The notes below the pieces were generated by a model that was not told the DNA's origin, made no database searches, and saw nothing but the letters and a program-made list of their open reading frames with translations. Positions 11,748-24,700 of a DNA stretch of 64,000 nt are shown here, piece by piece; position 1 is the first letter of the stretch; every line of letters starts with the position of its first letter. A program made the position numbers and the translations under genes. Source of the DNA: Auanema rhodensis (lineage: Eukaryota > Animalia > Nematoda); NCBI GenBank assembly GCA_964057225.1, contig OZ059899.1:12028001-12092000 (forward strand), read 5' to 3'.

Positions 11748-12568
11748 ATGTGGAATGGAACTCATTGTGAAATATTCCATTATCGTAATATGAAAATAAG
11801 TAAAATCTGATATTTCTTTGAATGTTTATGATACTCTATTTAGTTATACGTGTGCTTTTTTAATGAAATTAATGGTATTGTGATACATTTAATCCAAAAA
11901 AAACTTGAAGTGAAGTGAATGTATTTCAAATTGTCAAGAATTAAAGAAAATATTGGAAAAGAATAATAACAAACTTTCTCAAGTTGTACTACCCTTATAA
12001 CAAACATGATATGAAGGAGCGAATAGAAAACCAAATAGATCTTACTTGACCACAGAGAAGCTTTTTAAAGTGTTGTTAGTTTGAAGTAAATGAATTCAAA
12101 ATAGATACAAAATCAAAATCTATAGATTATTAACCAGAAAATCCTTGTAATACTAATGTAATTATGAAATTTGACTACTTCTTATTTAAAAAAAAGAAAA
12201 AGATGAAAGTTTTGTACCAGAATTCAATATCTGTTTTCAATATGTTTAATATATATTATTTTAATCAACTTATACTATATTTAACTCATAATTATGTGTT
12301 TTCATGTGGCATTCTACTATCATTTGGATTGAGCAACAACTGATCTCAAAGAGTTTTGCCAACAGTTACCTTTTTGGTTATTTTTGCTTCTCAAGCATTA
12401 ATTCAATTTAAATTTCAAGTACTGTATATTCAGATGTTATTGTATGTTTTTTGATAACTTCAATGATTTTTAAATAAAACAATTTGGTTTAATTTATATA
12501 TAAATTTATAATTACTCTAATTATATCTATAATAGAACACGGGAATGAAACAAAACTACGCGATTAAA

Positions 12569-12795
12569 CTAGAATGGGGGAGGACCATTCACAAATTCTA
12601 AAGATGGATCAAAACTTCTTGCAAAATTGTTTAAAAGCTGACAGCAATACTCGTCATCGCAGTGGGGAACCAAGCAGGCGGCTCCGAGAAGCAGAACCAG
12701 CATAGCCTGAAAGATTGGAATGATTAGAAAATAATCAAATGTTTGTATATCTTACCTGCAAAGGCAATGCTGTTCTTAAAACCCGTCTCCATCTT
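12569..12795 (-). other. anc-1: KASH domain (TM helix + lumenal peptide ending PPPF), split by intron 12707-12755
   Basis: Hydrophobic ALPLQAMLVLLLGAACLVP, conserved Cys, terminal GPPPF*. Confidence 0.97.
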
Positions 12796-15700
12796 GAGCG
12801 TTGTCTACGGAATTGAGGATTAGCTAAAGCTTCATCGTCAGGCATTGGGGAGAATCTGCCTTCAGATGAATCCTCGGTAGACATTTCACTCGTATCGGCT
12901 TCGGAAGGAATTCCTTCAATTCCATGTTGTCGAAGCACTTGGTATGGATCATCAACATATAAAGCGGCTAATAGATTAGCAGCGGCGTCCACATCATATT
13001 CTCGTTCTTCGTTATCTTCACTACTGTCAGGGATATTTCTTAGTGATTCCAGAAGTTCATGGGCCCGAGCTTGAAGTCTCTCAAGTTCACTAGATGTGCT
13101 GCTTCTAATGAACTGACGACCATTAGCGCTGCGCTCCACAATAACCATCTGGTTATCAAGATGAGCAATTATATCGTTCAAAAGAGATTCGCGGCTCTGA
13201 AATCATGATATCAGGGATGTTTAGTTTAAGAAACTGCTTACCATTCGATTATTTCGTACGCCATCTTCACCATGAAGCTCTTCATGGCATTGATCAAGTT
13301 CGGTAGTAAGAATAGCTAGAGTTCGATTCAATTCTAGCTCTTCAGTAAGTTCGTTTGAGAGTTTTTGTAATAATTCCTGTACAAGGCATTCAATTAGAAA
13401 AAGAAAATAATTTCAACCAAACCTCAAGATTTCTTTCATTCGATTCTATATCAACATCTATGAAACGTTTTTCTTGTTCAGCCACATTCAGTGGATGAAG
13501 TAGAATGACAAAATCTTCAAGAGTTACAGCCTGACCTTTAGCTGTTTCATTAACATTAACAAGTTCCTGAAAAAAATCAAAATCATTATAGGTATGGAAA
13601 ACTGGGTATACCTTCATCACATTCATATATTCTTCTCCTTCTTCGGTGCTCATTAATTCTTTTTCTGCTGAAGACCTCAGTTCTCCAAGTACCAAATCAG
13701 CTTGTTTTTGAACCAATTCAAGCAGATCTATGAATTTTAGCCAAATGCTAGCACGATCGTGGAGGATTGGAACGATCTGGTTGGCAGCATCTATGGTTTG
13801 GCGGAGAGCTTGGACAGTTGGTTCATCAGATGGAGCAGAAGCAACAATGTCTTCAGCATGCTTCACTTCCTTGGCTATCACTTCAGCAGATGGTCTATAT
13901 TGCTCTGGAGATCCTTGGGCATCTTGAATAAGATTGTTAGCATCATTAACCAAGCGGGCAAGGTTGGATTGAGCAGGTACAGTCTTGGATTGAAGATCGG
14001 CAAGTTCCTTCTCCTTCTGTTGCTTCTCTTGCAGAGCAGCTTGGCGCTTCTGAAAAAATTGAATTAAGTTTGATGAAAATGAAAGATAAGTACTCACCTC
14101 AAGTAATTCTTGAGTAGTATTCAAGCGCTTCAGAAGCTCGTCATGTTCCTTCTTCTGTGCATCATCGAGAACATTGACATCTACGTTGGCAACATTCTCA
14201 CGGAGCTTCTCCAAAGCATCACGGTCTCTGGCAATTGCTTGTAGAAGCTGCTCATCAGACAATTCAGATGGTTCGTCTGTGTACTTGGATGTGATGGCAA
14301 GCAAGTTGTCCTCAGCATCCTTGCGAGCACTGTTGAAGGCAGCAAGGGCAGCCATCTTATCTCCAACCATGTCACCAAGTTGTTTCAGAAGTTCTTTCAG
14401 TTTTGATAAATTCCAAGAGCTCTTCTGGCGTTCTTCATCACCTTCAGGTCCTTCAGGAATTTCGTCCATTAGAGCTTCGAGACGTGCCTTGGCAGATTGA
14501 AGGTCTTCAAGCGAAGCCTGTTGTTCAGCAAGGGTCTCTGGCATCTTTTCAGGTCTGTTGTTGATGGATTGAGCAATAAGCTGGAGTTCAGGAGCGATCT
14601 GGTTGAGCTTAACAGAGTCGGCAAGAGTAGCTTGCTTATCAGCAGCATTACGAACTAACTCATCAACCTTTGACTTCAAGTCCTTCACAAGGTCGCTGTC
14701 GTTGACGACATCAGCGTTGTTGTTCTTCAACTCGTTCTCGTGGGCTTCGATGTTCTTGGCAAGCTGGTTAACTTCATCCTTAAGGTTGTCCATAACAGGA
14801 ACAGCTCTCTCGGAATCAGCAAGTTGAACGTTGTTCAAAGCATCGGTAAGTTGTTTCAATTGATTGTTCATGTTCTTGTTATCCTCACGAAGCTTGTGCT
14901 CTTGTGGAAGTGACTTCTCGAGGGGTGAAGCCAAGCTCTTAGCTTGTTCCTTCATCTCATGAGCAGTTCGAGCCAATTGTGGTGTTGAGCTCTCGATGTC
15001 AGCTACATCGATTGAAGCAATGATCTTCTGAAGCTTAGCAAGTTCCTCGTCAACGTTATCGATTGGTTGTGGTGATTGCAAAGCCTTGGCAATAGCTTCT
15101 ACCTCTTCCTTGTCCTTGTTCAACTTGGCTGTAACGTCGTTGAGCTTCTCTTCAGCTCGGACAGCTTCATCAAGTTGCTTGTCAGCCTTAGCGTTGAGGT
15201 CGTGTGTTCTGGCAATGAGCTTGTTCTTCTTCTCATCATCCATGCTGGCGGATGGTACAGCTTCAACGACGGCCATCAATTCAGCTAGTTTGGGTACGAT
15301 GTTCTTCTTGAATTCAGAGAGTTCATCAACAGATGCAAGTCCAGGTAAGACATCTTCAGCCTTCTTCAGCTCATCTTCAACATCCTTCAAAGCATTCTCA
15401 GCTCTCTTGGCTTCTTCTTCTTCGGCAGTCTTTTTGACCAAATCATCGGAAGTCTTATCAGACAACTGCTTCAAGTTGTTTTCGAGGTTGTCAGCCTTCT
15501 GGCGATCAGAAGCTGGAAGTGGAGCATCAGAAAGAGCAGCCAATTTGTCTGTCAAATCCTTGATCTTATCAAGCTTAGCTTGTAGAGCCTCAGCATTTTC
15601 ATCTTCAGCCTTATCAGCAGCCTTCTTTCCTTTACCCTTCTTACTCTTCTTTGCTGGAGCAGCAGGTTGGGCAAGAGCGTTAGCTTGATCATCGATTTCA

Positions 15701-18700
15701 GCCAATTGCTTTTGAGCAGCCTTTACAGCTTCGTTGTGTTTCTTCTTAGCTTCCTCAGCATCATCAAGCTTCTTGCGGAGCTCGTTTTGCTGATCTTCTG
15801 GAAGTTGGGCAAGGCTTCGGCGAAGTTCTTCAATCTGGTCTTCGGATAATTCTTCAATTGGCTTCTGTTGCAAGTCATTAACCTTGATGGTAATAAGTTG
15901 AATAACTTCTTCTTCTTCGGCTTGTTTCAAGCGATCCTTAGCTTCTTCAAGCGATTTCTCCAATTTAGGTAATTGTTCAGCCAGAGCAGCAATGATGTTG
16001 GCTTCGTCTGGCTTGACGTGCTTGTTTCCAGCTTGAAGTTCTTCCTTCTTCTCCTTGAGTACGTCCAATTGAGAACGAATAGCTGGGAGTTCGTGAGCTT
16101 CGAGGCTATCGATAACGTCAGCAGATGGTAGATCAGCCAAATGGCTGTTAAGCTGGTTGAGTTCTTTCTTGATGTGCTCAATGGAATCCATCAAGTTCTT
16201 CTCTTCTTCGATTTCATTGGTCAACTGGTCGAGAGCCTCAGCATATTGCTTATCAACCTGTTCAACATCAACATCTCTGAATCGTACGTCACTTAATGTG
16301 ATCTCCAAAGGATTGAGGAGCTCAGATAGACGTTGCATGTTGCGCATCTTATCAGCCAGGATGTCAGATGTTCGGCTTGCTTCACGCAATTTCTGGAGGT
16401 CGTCCTTGACTTCGTCCAGACTGCGTACAGGCTTATTGAGAACGGCATCAAGTGGTTCGTGGGAACGTTCAAGTTCATCATCAGTCTCATTACGAGCATC
16501 AACGAACTCGTCCCAGTTGGTGGCACGATCGTGGAGGATTGGAACGATCTGGTTGGCAGCATCTATGGTTTGGCGGAGAGCTTGGACAGTTGGTTCATCA
16601 GATGGAGCAGAAGCAACAATGTCTTCAGCATGCTTCACTTCCTTGGCTATCACTTCAGCAGATGGTCTATATTGCTCTGGAGATCCTTGGGCATCTTGAA
16701 TAAGATTGTTAGCATCATTAACCAAGCGGGCAAGGTTGGATTGAGCAGGTACAGTCTTGGATTGAAGATCGGCAAGTTCCTTCTCCTTCTGTTGCTTCTC
16801 TTGCAGAGCAGCTTGGCGCTTCTGAAAAAATTGAATTAAGTTTGATGAAAATGAAAGATAAGTACTCACCTCAAGTAATTCTTGAGTAGTATTCAAGCGC
16901 TTCAGAAGCTCGTCATGTTCCTTCTTCTGTGCATCATCGAGAACATTGACATCTACGTTGGCAACATTCTCACGGAGCTTCTCCAAAGCATCACGGTCTC
17001 TGGCAATTGCTTGTAGAAGCTGCTCATCAGACAATTCAGATGGTTCGTCTGTGTACTTGGATGTGATGGCAAGCAAGTTGTCTTCAGCATCCTTGCGAGC
17101 ACTGTTGAAGGCAGCAAGGGCAGCCATCTTATCTCCAACCATGTCACCAAGTTGTTTCAGAAGTTCTTTCAGTTTTGATAAATTCCAAGAGCTCTTCTGG
17201 CGTTCTTCATCACCTTCAGGTCCTTCAGGAATTTCGTCCATTAGAGCTTCGAGACGTGCCTTGGCAGATTGAAGGTCTTCAAGCGAAGCCTGTTGTTCAG
17301 CAAGGGTCTCTGGCATCTTTTCAGGTCTGTTGTTGATGGATTGAGCAATAAGCTGGAGTTCAGGAGCGATCTGGTTGAGCTTAACAGAGTCGGCAAGAGT
17401 AGCTTGCTTATCAGCAGCATTACGAACTAACTCATCAACCTTTGACTTCAAGTCCTTCACAAGGTCGCTGTCGTTGACGACATCAGCGTTGTTGTTCTTC
17501 AACTCGTTCTCGTGGGCTTCGATGTTCTTGGCAAGCTGGTTAACTTCATCCTTAAGGTTGTCCATAACAGGAACAGCTCTCTCGGAATCAGCAAGTTGAA
17601 CGTTGTTCAAAGCATCGGTAAGTTGTTTCAATTGATTGTTCATGTTCTTGTTATCCTCACGAAGCTTGTGCTCTTGTGGAAGTGACTTCTCGAGGGGTGA
17701 AGCCAAGCTCTTAGCTTGTTCCTTCATCTCATGAGCAGTTCGAGCCAATAGTGGTGTTGAGCTCTCGATGTCAGCTACATCGATTGAAGCAATGATCTTC
17801 TGAAGCTTAGCAAGTTCCTCGTCAACGTTATCGATTGGTTGTGGTGATTGCAAAGCCTTGGCAATAGCTTCTACCTCTTCCTTGTCCTTGTTCAACTTGG
17901 CTGTAACGTCGTTGAGCTTCTCTTCAGCTCGGACAGCTTCATCAAGTTGCTTGTCAGCCTTAGCGTTGAGGTCGTGTGTTCTGGCAATGAGCTTGTTCTT
18001 CTTCTCATCATCCATGCTGGCGGATGGTACAGCTTCAACGACGGCCATCAATTCAGCTAGTTTGGGTACGATGTTCTTCTTGAATTCAGAGAGTTCATCA
18101 ACAGATGCAAGTCCAGGTAAGACATCTTCAGCCTTCTTCAGCTCATCTTCAACATCCTTCAAAGCATTCTCAGCTCTCTTGGCTTCTTCTTCTTCGGCAG
18201 TCTTTTTGACCAAATCATCGGAAGTCTTATCAGACAACTGCTTCAAGTTGTTTTCGAGGTTGTCAGCCTTCTGGCGATCAGAAGCTGGAAGTGGAGCATC
18301 AGAAAGAGCAGCCAATTTGTCTGTCAAATCCTTGATCTTATCAAGCTTAGCTTGTAGAGCCTCAGCATTTTCATCTTCAGCCTTATCAGCAGCCTTCTTT
18401 CCTTTACCCTTCTTACTCTTCTTTGCTGGAGCAGCAGGTTGGGCAAGAGCGTTAGCTTGATCATCGATTTCAGCCAATTGCTTTTGAGCAGCCTTTACAG
18501 CTTCGTTGTGTTTCTTCTTAGCTTCCTCAGCATCATCAAGCTTCTTGCGGAGCTCGTTTTGCTGATCTTCTGGAAGTTGGGCAAGGCTTCGGCGAAGTTC
18601 TTCAATCTGGTCTTCGGATAATTCTTCAATTGGCTTCTGTTGCAAGTCATTAACCTTGATGGTAATAAGTTGAATAACTTCTTCTTCTTCGGCTTGTTTC

Positions 18701-21700
18701 AAGCGATCCTTAGCTTCTTCAAGCGATTTCTCCAATTTAGGTAATTGTTCAGCCAGAGCAGCAATGATGTTGGCTTCGTCTGGCTTGACGTGCTTGTTTC
18801 CAGCTTGAAGTTCTTCCTTCTTCTCCTTGAGTACGTCCAATTGAGAACGAATAGCTGGGAGTTCGTGAGCTTCGAGGCTATCGATAACGTCAGCAGATGG
18901 TAGATCAGCCAAATGGCTGTTAAGCTGGTTGAGTTCTTTCTTGATGTGCTCAATGGAATCCATCAAGTTCTTCTCTTCTTCGATTTCATTGGTCAACTGG
19001 TCGAGAGCCTCAGCATATTGCTTATCAACCTGTTCAACATCAACATCTCTGAATCGTACGTCACTTAATGTGATCTCCAAAGGATTGAGGAGCTCAGATA
19101 GACGTTGCATGTTGCGCATCTTATCAGCCAGGATGTCAGATGTTCGGCTTGCTTCACGCAATTTCTGGAGGTCGTCCTTGACTTCGTCCAGACTGCGTAC
19201 AGGCTTATTGAGAACGGCATCAAGTGGTTCGTGGGAACGTTCAAGTTCATCATCAGTCTCATTACGAGCATCAACGAACTCGTCCCAGTTGGTGGCACGA
19301 TCGTGGAGGATTGGAACGATCTGGTTGGCAGCATCTATGGTTTGGCGGAGAGCTTGGACAGTTGGTTCATCAGATGGAGCAGAAGCAACAATGTCTTCAG
19401 CATGCTTCACTTCCTTGGCTATCACTTCAGCAGATGGTCTATATTGCTCTGGAGATCCTTGGGCATCTTGAATAAGATTGTTAGCATCATTAACCAAGCG
19501 GGCAAGGTTGGATTGAGCAGGTACAGTCTTGGATTGAAGATCGGCAAGTTCCTTCTCCTTCTGTTGCTTCTCTTGCAGAGCAGCTTGGCGCTTCTGAAAA
19601 AATTGAATTAAGTTTGATGAAAATGAAAGATAAGTACTCACCTCAAGTAATTCTTGAGTAGTATTCAAGCGCTTCAGAAGCTCGTCATGTTCCTTCTTCT
19701 GTGCATCATCGAGAACATTGACATCTACGTTGGCAACATTCTCACGGAGCTTCTCCAAAGCATCACGGTCTCTGGCAATTGCTTGTAGAAGCTGCTCATC
19801 AGACAATTCAGATGGTTCGTCTGTGTACTTGGATGTGATGGCAAGCAAGTTGTCCTCAGCATCCTTGCGAGCACTATTGAAGGCAGCAAGGGCAGCCATC
19901 TTATCTCCAACCATGTCACCAAGTTGTTCCAGAAGTTCTTTCAGTTTTGATAAATTCCAAGAGCTCTTCTGGCGTTCTTCATCACCTTCAGGTCCTTCAG
20001 GAATTTTGTCCATTAGAGCTTCGAGACGTGCCTTGGCAGATTGAAGGTCTTCAAGCGAAGCCTGTTGTTCAGCAAGGGTCTCTGGCATCTTTTCAGGTCT
20101 GTTGTTGATGGATTGAGCAATAAGCTGGAGTTCAGGAGCGATCTGGTTGAGCTTAACAGAGTCGGCAAGAGTAGCTTGCTTATCAGCAGCATTACGAACT
20201 AACTCATCAACCTTTGACTTCAAGTCCTTCACAAGGTCGCTGTCGTTGACGACATCAGCGTTGTTGTTCTTCAACTCGTTCTCGTGGGCTTCGATGTTCT
20301 TGGCAAGCTGGTTAACTTCATCCTTAAGGTTGTCCATAACAGGAACAGCTCTCTCGGAATCAGCAAGTTGAACGTTGTTCAAAGCATCGGTAAGTTGTTT
20401 CAATTGATTGTTCATGTTCTTGTTATCCTCACGAAGCTTGTGCTCTTGTGGAAGTGACTTCTCGAGGGGTGAAGCCAAGCTCTTAGCTTGTTCCTTCATC
20501 TCATGAGCAGTTCGAGCCAATTGTGGTGTTGAGCTCTCGATGTCAGCTACATCGATTGAAGCAATGATCTTCTGAAGCTTAGCAAGTTCCTCGTCAACGT
20601 TATCGATTGGTTGTGGTGATTGCAAAGCCTTGGCAATAGCTTCTACCTCTTCCTTGTCCTTGTTCAACTTGGCTGTAACGTCGTTGAGCTTCTCTTCAGC
20701 TCGGACAGCTTCATCAAGTTGCTTGTCAGCCTTAGCGTTGAGGTCGTGTGTTCTGGCAATGAGCTTGTTCTTCTTCTCATCATCCATGCTGGCGGATGGT
20801 ACAGCTTCAACGACGGCCATCAATTCAGCTAGTTTGGGTACGATGTTCTTCTTGAATTCAGAGAGTTCATCAACAGATGCAAGTCCAGGTAAGACATCTT
20901 CAGCCTTCTTCAGCTCATCTTCAACATCCTTCAAAGCATTCTCAGCTCTCTTGGCTTCTTCTTCTTCGGCAGTCTTTTTGACCAAATCATCGGAAGTCTT
21001 ATCAGACAACTGCTTCAAGTTGTTTTCGAGGTTGTCAGCCTTCTGGCGATCAGAAGCTGGAAGTGGAGCATCAGAAAGAGCAGCCAATTTGTCTGTCAAA
21101 TCCTTGATCTTATCAAGCTTAGCTTGTAGAGCCTCAGCATTTTCATCTTCAGCCTTATCAGCAGCCTTCTTTCCTTTACCCTTCTTACTCTTCTTTGCTG
21201 GAGCAGCAGGTTGGGCAAGAGCGTTAGCTTGATCATCGATTTCAGCCAATTGCTTTTGAGCAGCCTTTACAGCTTCGTTGTGTTTCTTCTTAGCTTCCTC
21301 AGCATCATCAAGCTTCTTGCGGAGCTCGTTTTGCTGATCTTCTGGAAGTTGGGCAAGGCTTCGGCGAAGTTCTTCAATCTGGTCTTCGGATAATTCTTCA
21401 ATTGGCTTCTGTTGCAAGTCATTAACCTTGATGGTAATAAGTTGAATAACTTCTTCTTCTTCGGCTTGTTTCAAGCGATCCTTAGCTTCTTCAAGCGATT
21501 TCTCCAATTTAGGTAATTGTTCAGCCAGAGCAGCAATGATGTTGGCTTCGTCTGGCTTGACGTGCTTGTTTCCAGCTTGAAGTTCTTCCTTCTTCTCCTT
21601 GAGTACGTCCAATTGAGAACGAATAGCTGGGAGTTCGTGAGCTTCGAGGCTATCGATAACGTCAGCAGATGGTAGATCAGCCAAATGGCTGTTAAGCTGG

Positions 21701-24700
21701 TTGAGTTCTTTCTTGATGTGCTCAATGGAATCCATCAAGTTCTTCTCTTCTTCGATTTCATTGGTCAACTGGTCGAGAGCCTCAGCATATTGCTTATCAA
21801 CCTGTTCAACATCAACATCTCTGAATCGTACGTCACTTAATGTGATCTCCAAAGGATTGAGGAGCTCAGATAGACGTTGCATGTTGCGCATCTTATCAGC
21901 CAGGATGTCCGATGTTCGGCTTGCTTCACGCAATTTCTGGAGGTCGTCCTTGACTTCGTCCAGACTGCGTACAGGCTTATTGAGAACGGCATCAAGTGGT
22001 TCGTGGGAACGTTCAAGTTCATCATCAGTCTCATTACGAGCATCAACGAACTCGTCCCAGTTGGTGGCACGATCGTGGAGGATTGGAACGATCTGGTTGG
22101 CAGCATCTATGGTTTGGCGGAGAGCTTGGACAGTTGGTTCATCAGATGGAGCAGAAGCAACAATGTCTTCAGCATGCTTCACTTCCTTGGCTATCACTTC
22201 AGCAGATGGTCTATATTGCTCTGGAGATCCTTGGGCATCTTGAATAAGATTGTTAGCATCATTAACCAAGCGGGCAAGGTTGGATTGAGCAGGTACAGTC
22301 TTGGATTGAAGATCGGCAAGTTCCTTCTCCTTCTGTTGCTTCTCTTGCAGAGCAGCTTGGCGCTTCTGAAAAAATTGAATTAAGTTTGATGAAAATGAAA
22401 GATAAGTACTCACCTCAAGTAATTCTTGAGTAGTATTCAAGCGCTTCAGAAGCTCGTCATGTTCCTTCTTCTGTGCATCATCGAGAACATTGACATCTAC
22501 GTTGGCAACATTCTCACGGAGCTTCTCCAAAGCATCACGGTCTCTGGCAATTGCTTGTAGAAGCTGCTCATCAGACAATTCAGATGGTTCGTCTGTGTAC
22601 TTGGATGTGATGGCAAGCAAGTTGTCCTCAGCATCCTTGCGAGCACTGTTGAAGGCAGCAAGGGCAGCCATCTTATCTCCAACCATGTCACCAAGTTGTT
22701 TCAGAAGTTCTTTCAGTTTTGATAAATTCCAAGAGCTCTTCTGGCGTTCTTCATCACCTTCAGGTCCTTCAGGAATTTCGTCCATTAGAGCTTCGAGACG
22801 TGCCTTGGCAGATTGAAGGTCTTCAAGCGAAGCCTGTTGTTCAGCAAGGGTCTCTGGCATCTTTTCAGGTCTGTTGTTGATGGATTGAGCAATAAGCTGG
22901 AGTTCAGGAGCGATCTGGTTAAGCTTAACAGAGTCGGCAAGAGTAGCTTGCTTATCAGCAGCATTACGAACTAACTCATCAACCTTTGACTTCAAGTCCT
23001 TCACAAGGTCGCTGTCGTTGACGACATCAGCGTTGTTGTTCTTCAACTCGTTCTCGTGGGCTTCGATGTTCTTGGCAAGCTGGTTAACTTCATCCTTAAG
23101 GTTGTCCATAACAGGAACAGCTCTCTCGGAATCAGCAAGTTGAACGTTGTTCAAAGCATCGGTAAGTTGTTTCAATTGATTGTTCATGTTCTTGTTATCC
23201 TCACGAAGCTTGTGCTCTTGTGGAAGTGACTTCTCGAGGGGTGAAGCCAAGCTCTTAGCTTGTTCCTTCATCTCATGAGCAGTTCGAGCCAATTGTGGTG
23301 TTGAGCTCTCGATGTCAGCTACATCGATTGAAGCAATGATCTTCTGAAGCTTAGCAAGTTCCTCGTCAACGTTATCGATTGGTTGTGGTGATTGCAAAGC
23401 CTTGGCAATAGCTTCTACCTCTTCCTTGTCCTTGTTCAACTTGGCTGTAACGTCGTTGAGCTTCTCTTCAGCTCGGACAGCTTCATCAAGTTGCTTGTCA
23501 GCCTTAGCGTTGAGGTCGTGTGTTCTGGCAATGAGCTTGTTCTTCTTCTCATCATCCATGCTGGCGGATGGTACAGCTTCAACGATGGCCATCAATTCAG
23601 CTAGTTTGGGTACGATGTTCTTCTTGAATTCAGAGAGTTCATCAACAGATGCAAGTCCAGGTAAGACATCTTCAGCCTTCTTCAGCTCATCTTCAACATC
23701 CTTCAAAGCATTCTCAGCTCTCTTGGCTTCTTCTTCTTCGGCAGTCTTTTTGACCAAATCATCGGAAGTCTTATCAGACAACTGCTTCAAGTTGTTTTCG
23801 AGGTTGTCAGCCTTCTGGCGATCAGAAGCTGGAAGTGGAGCATCAGAAAGAGCAGCCAATTTGTCTGTCAAATCCTTGATCTTATCAAGCTTAGCTTGTA
23901 GAGCCTCAGCATTTTCATCTTCAGCCTTATCAGCAGCCTTCTTTCCTTTACCCTTCTTACTCTTCTTTGCTGGAGCAGCAGGTTGGGCAAGAGCGTTAGC
24001 TTGATCATCGATTTCAGCCAATTGCTTTTGAGCAGCCTTTACAGCTTCGTTGTGTTTCTTCTTAGCTTCCTCAGCATCATCAAGCTTCTTGCGGAGCTCG
24101 TTTTGCTGATCTTCTGGAAGTTGGGCAAGGCTTCGGCGAAGTTCTTCAATCTGGTCTTCGGATAATTCTTCAATTGGCTTCTGTTGCAAGTCATTAACCT
24201 TGATGGTAATAAGTTGAATAACTTCTTCTTCTTCGGCTTGTTTCAAGCGATCCTTAGCTTCTTCAAGCGATTTCTCCAATTTAGGTAATTGTTCAGCCAG
24301 AGCAGCAATGATGTTGGCTTCGTCTGGCTTGACGTGCTTGTTTCCAGCTTGAAGTTCTTCCTTCTTCTCCTTGAGTACGTTCAATTGAGAACGAATAGCT
24401 GGGAGTTCGTGAGCTTCGAGGCTATCGATAACGTCAGCAGATGGTAGATCAGCCAAATGGCTGTTAAGCTGGTTGAGTTCTTTCTTGATGTGCTCAATGG
24501 AATCCATCAAGTTCTTCTCTTCTTCGATTTCATTGGTCAACTGGTCGAGAGCCTCAGCATATTGCTTATCAACCTGTTCAACATCAACATCTCTGAATCG
24601 TACGTCACTTAATGTGATCTCCAAAGGATTGAGGAGCTCAGATAGACGTTGCATGTTGCGCATCTTATCAGCCAGGATGTCAGATGTTCGGCTTGCTTCA

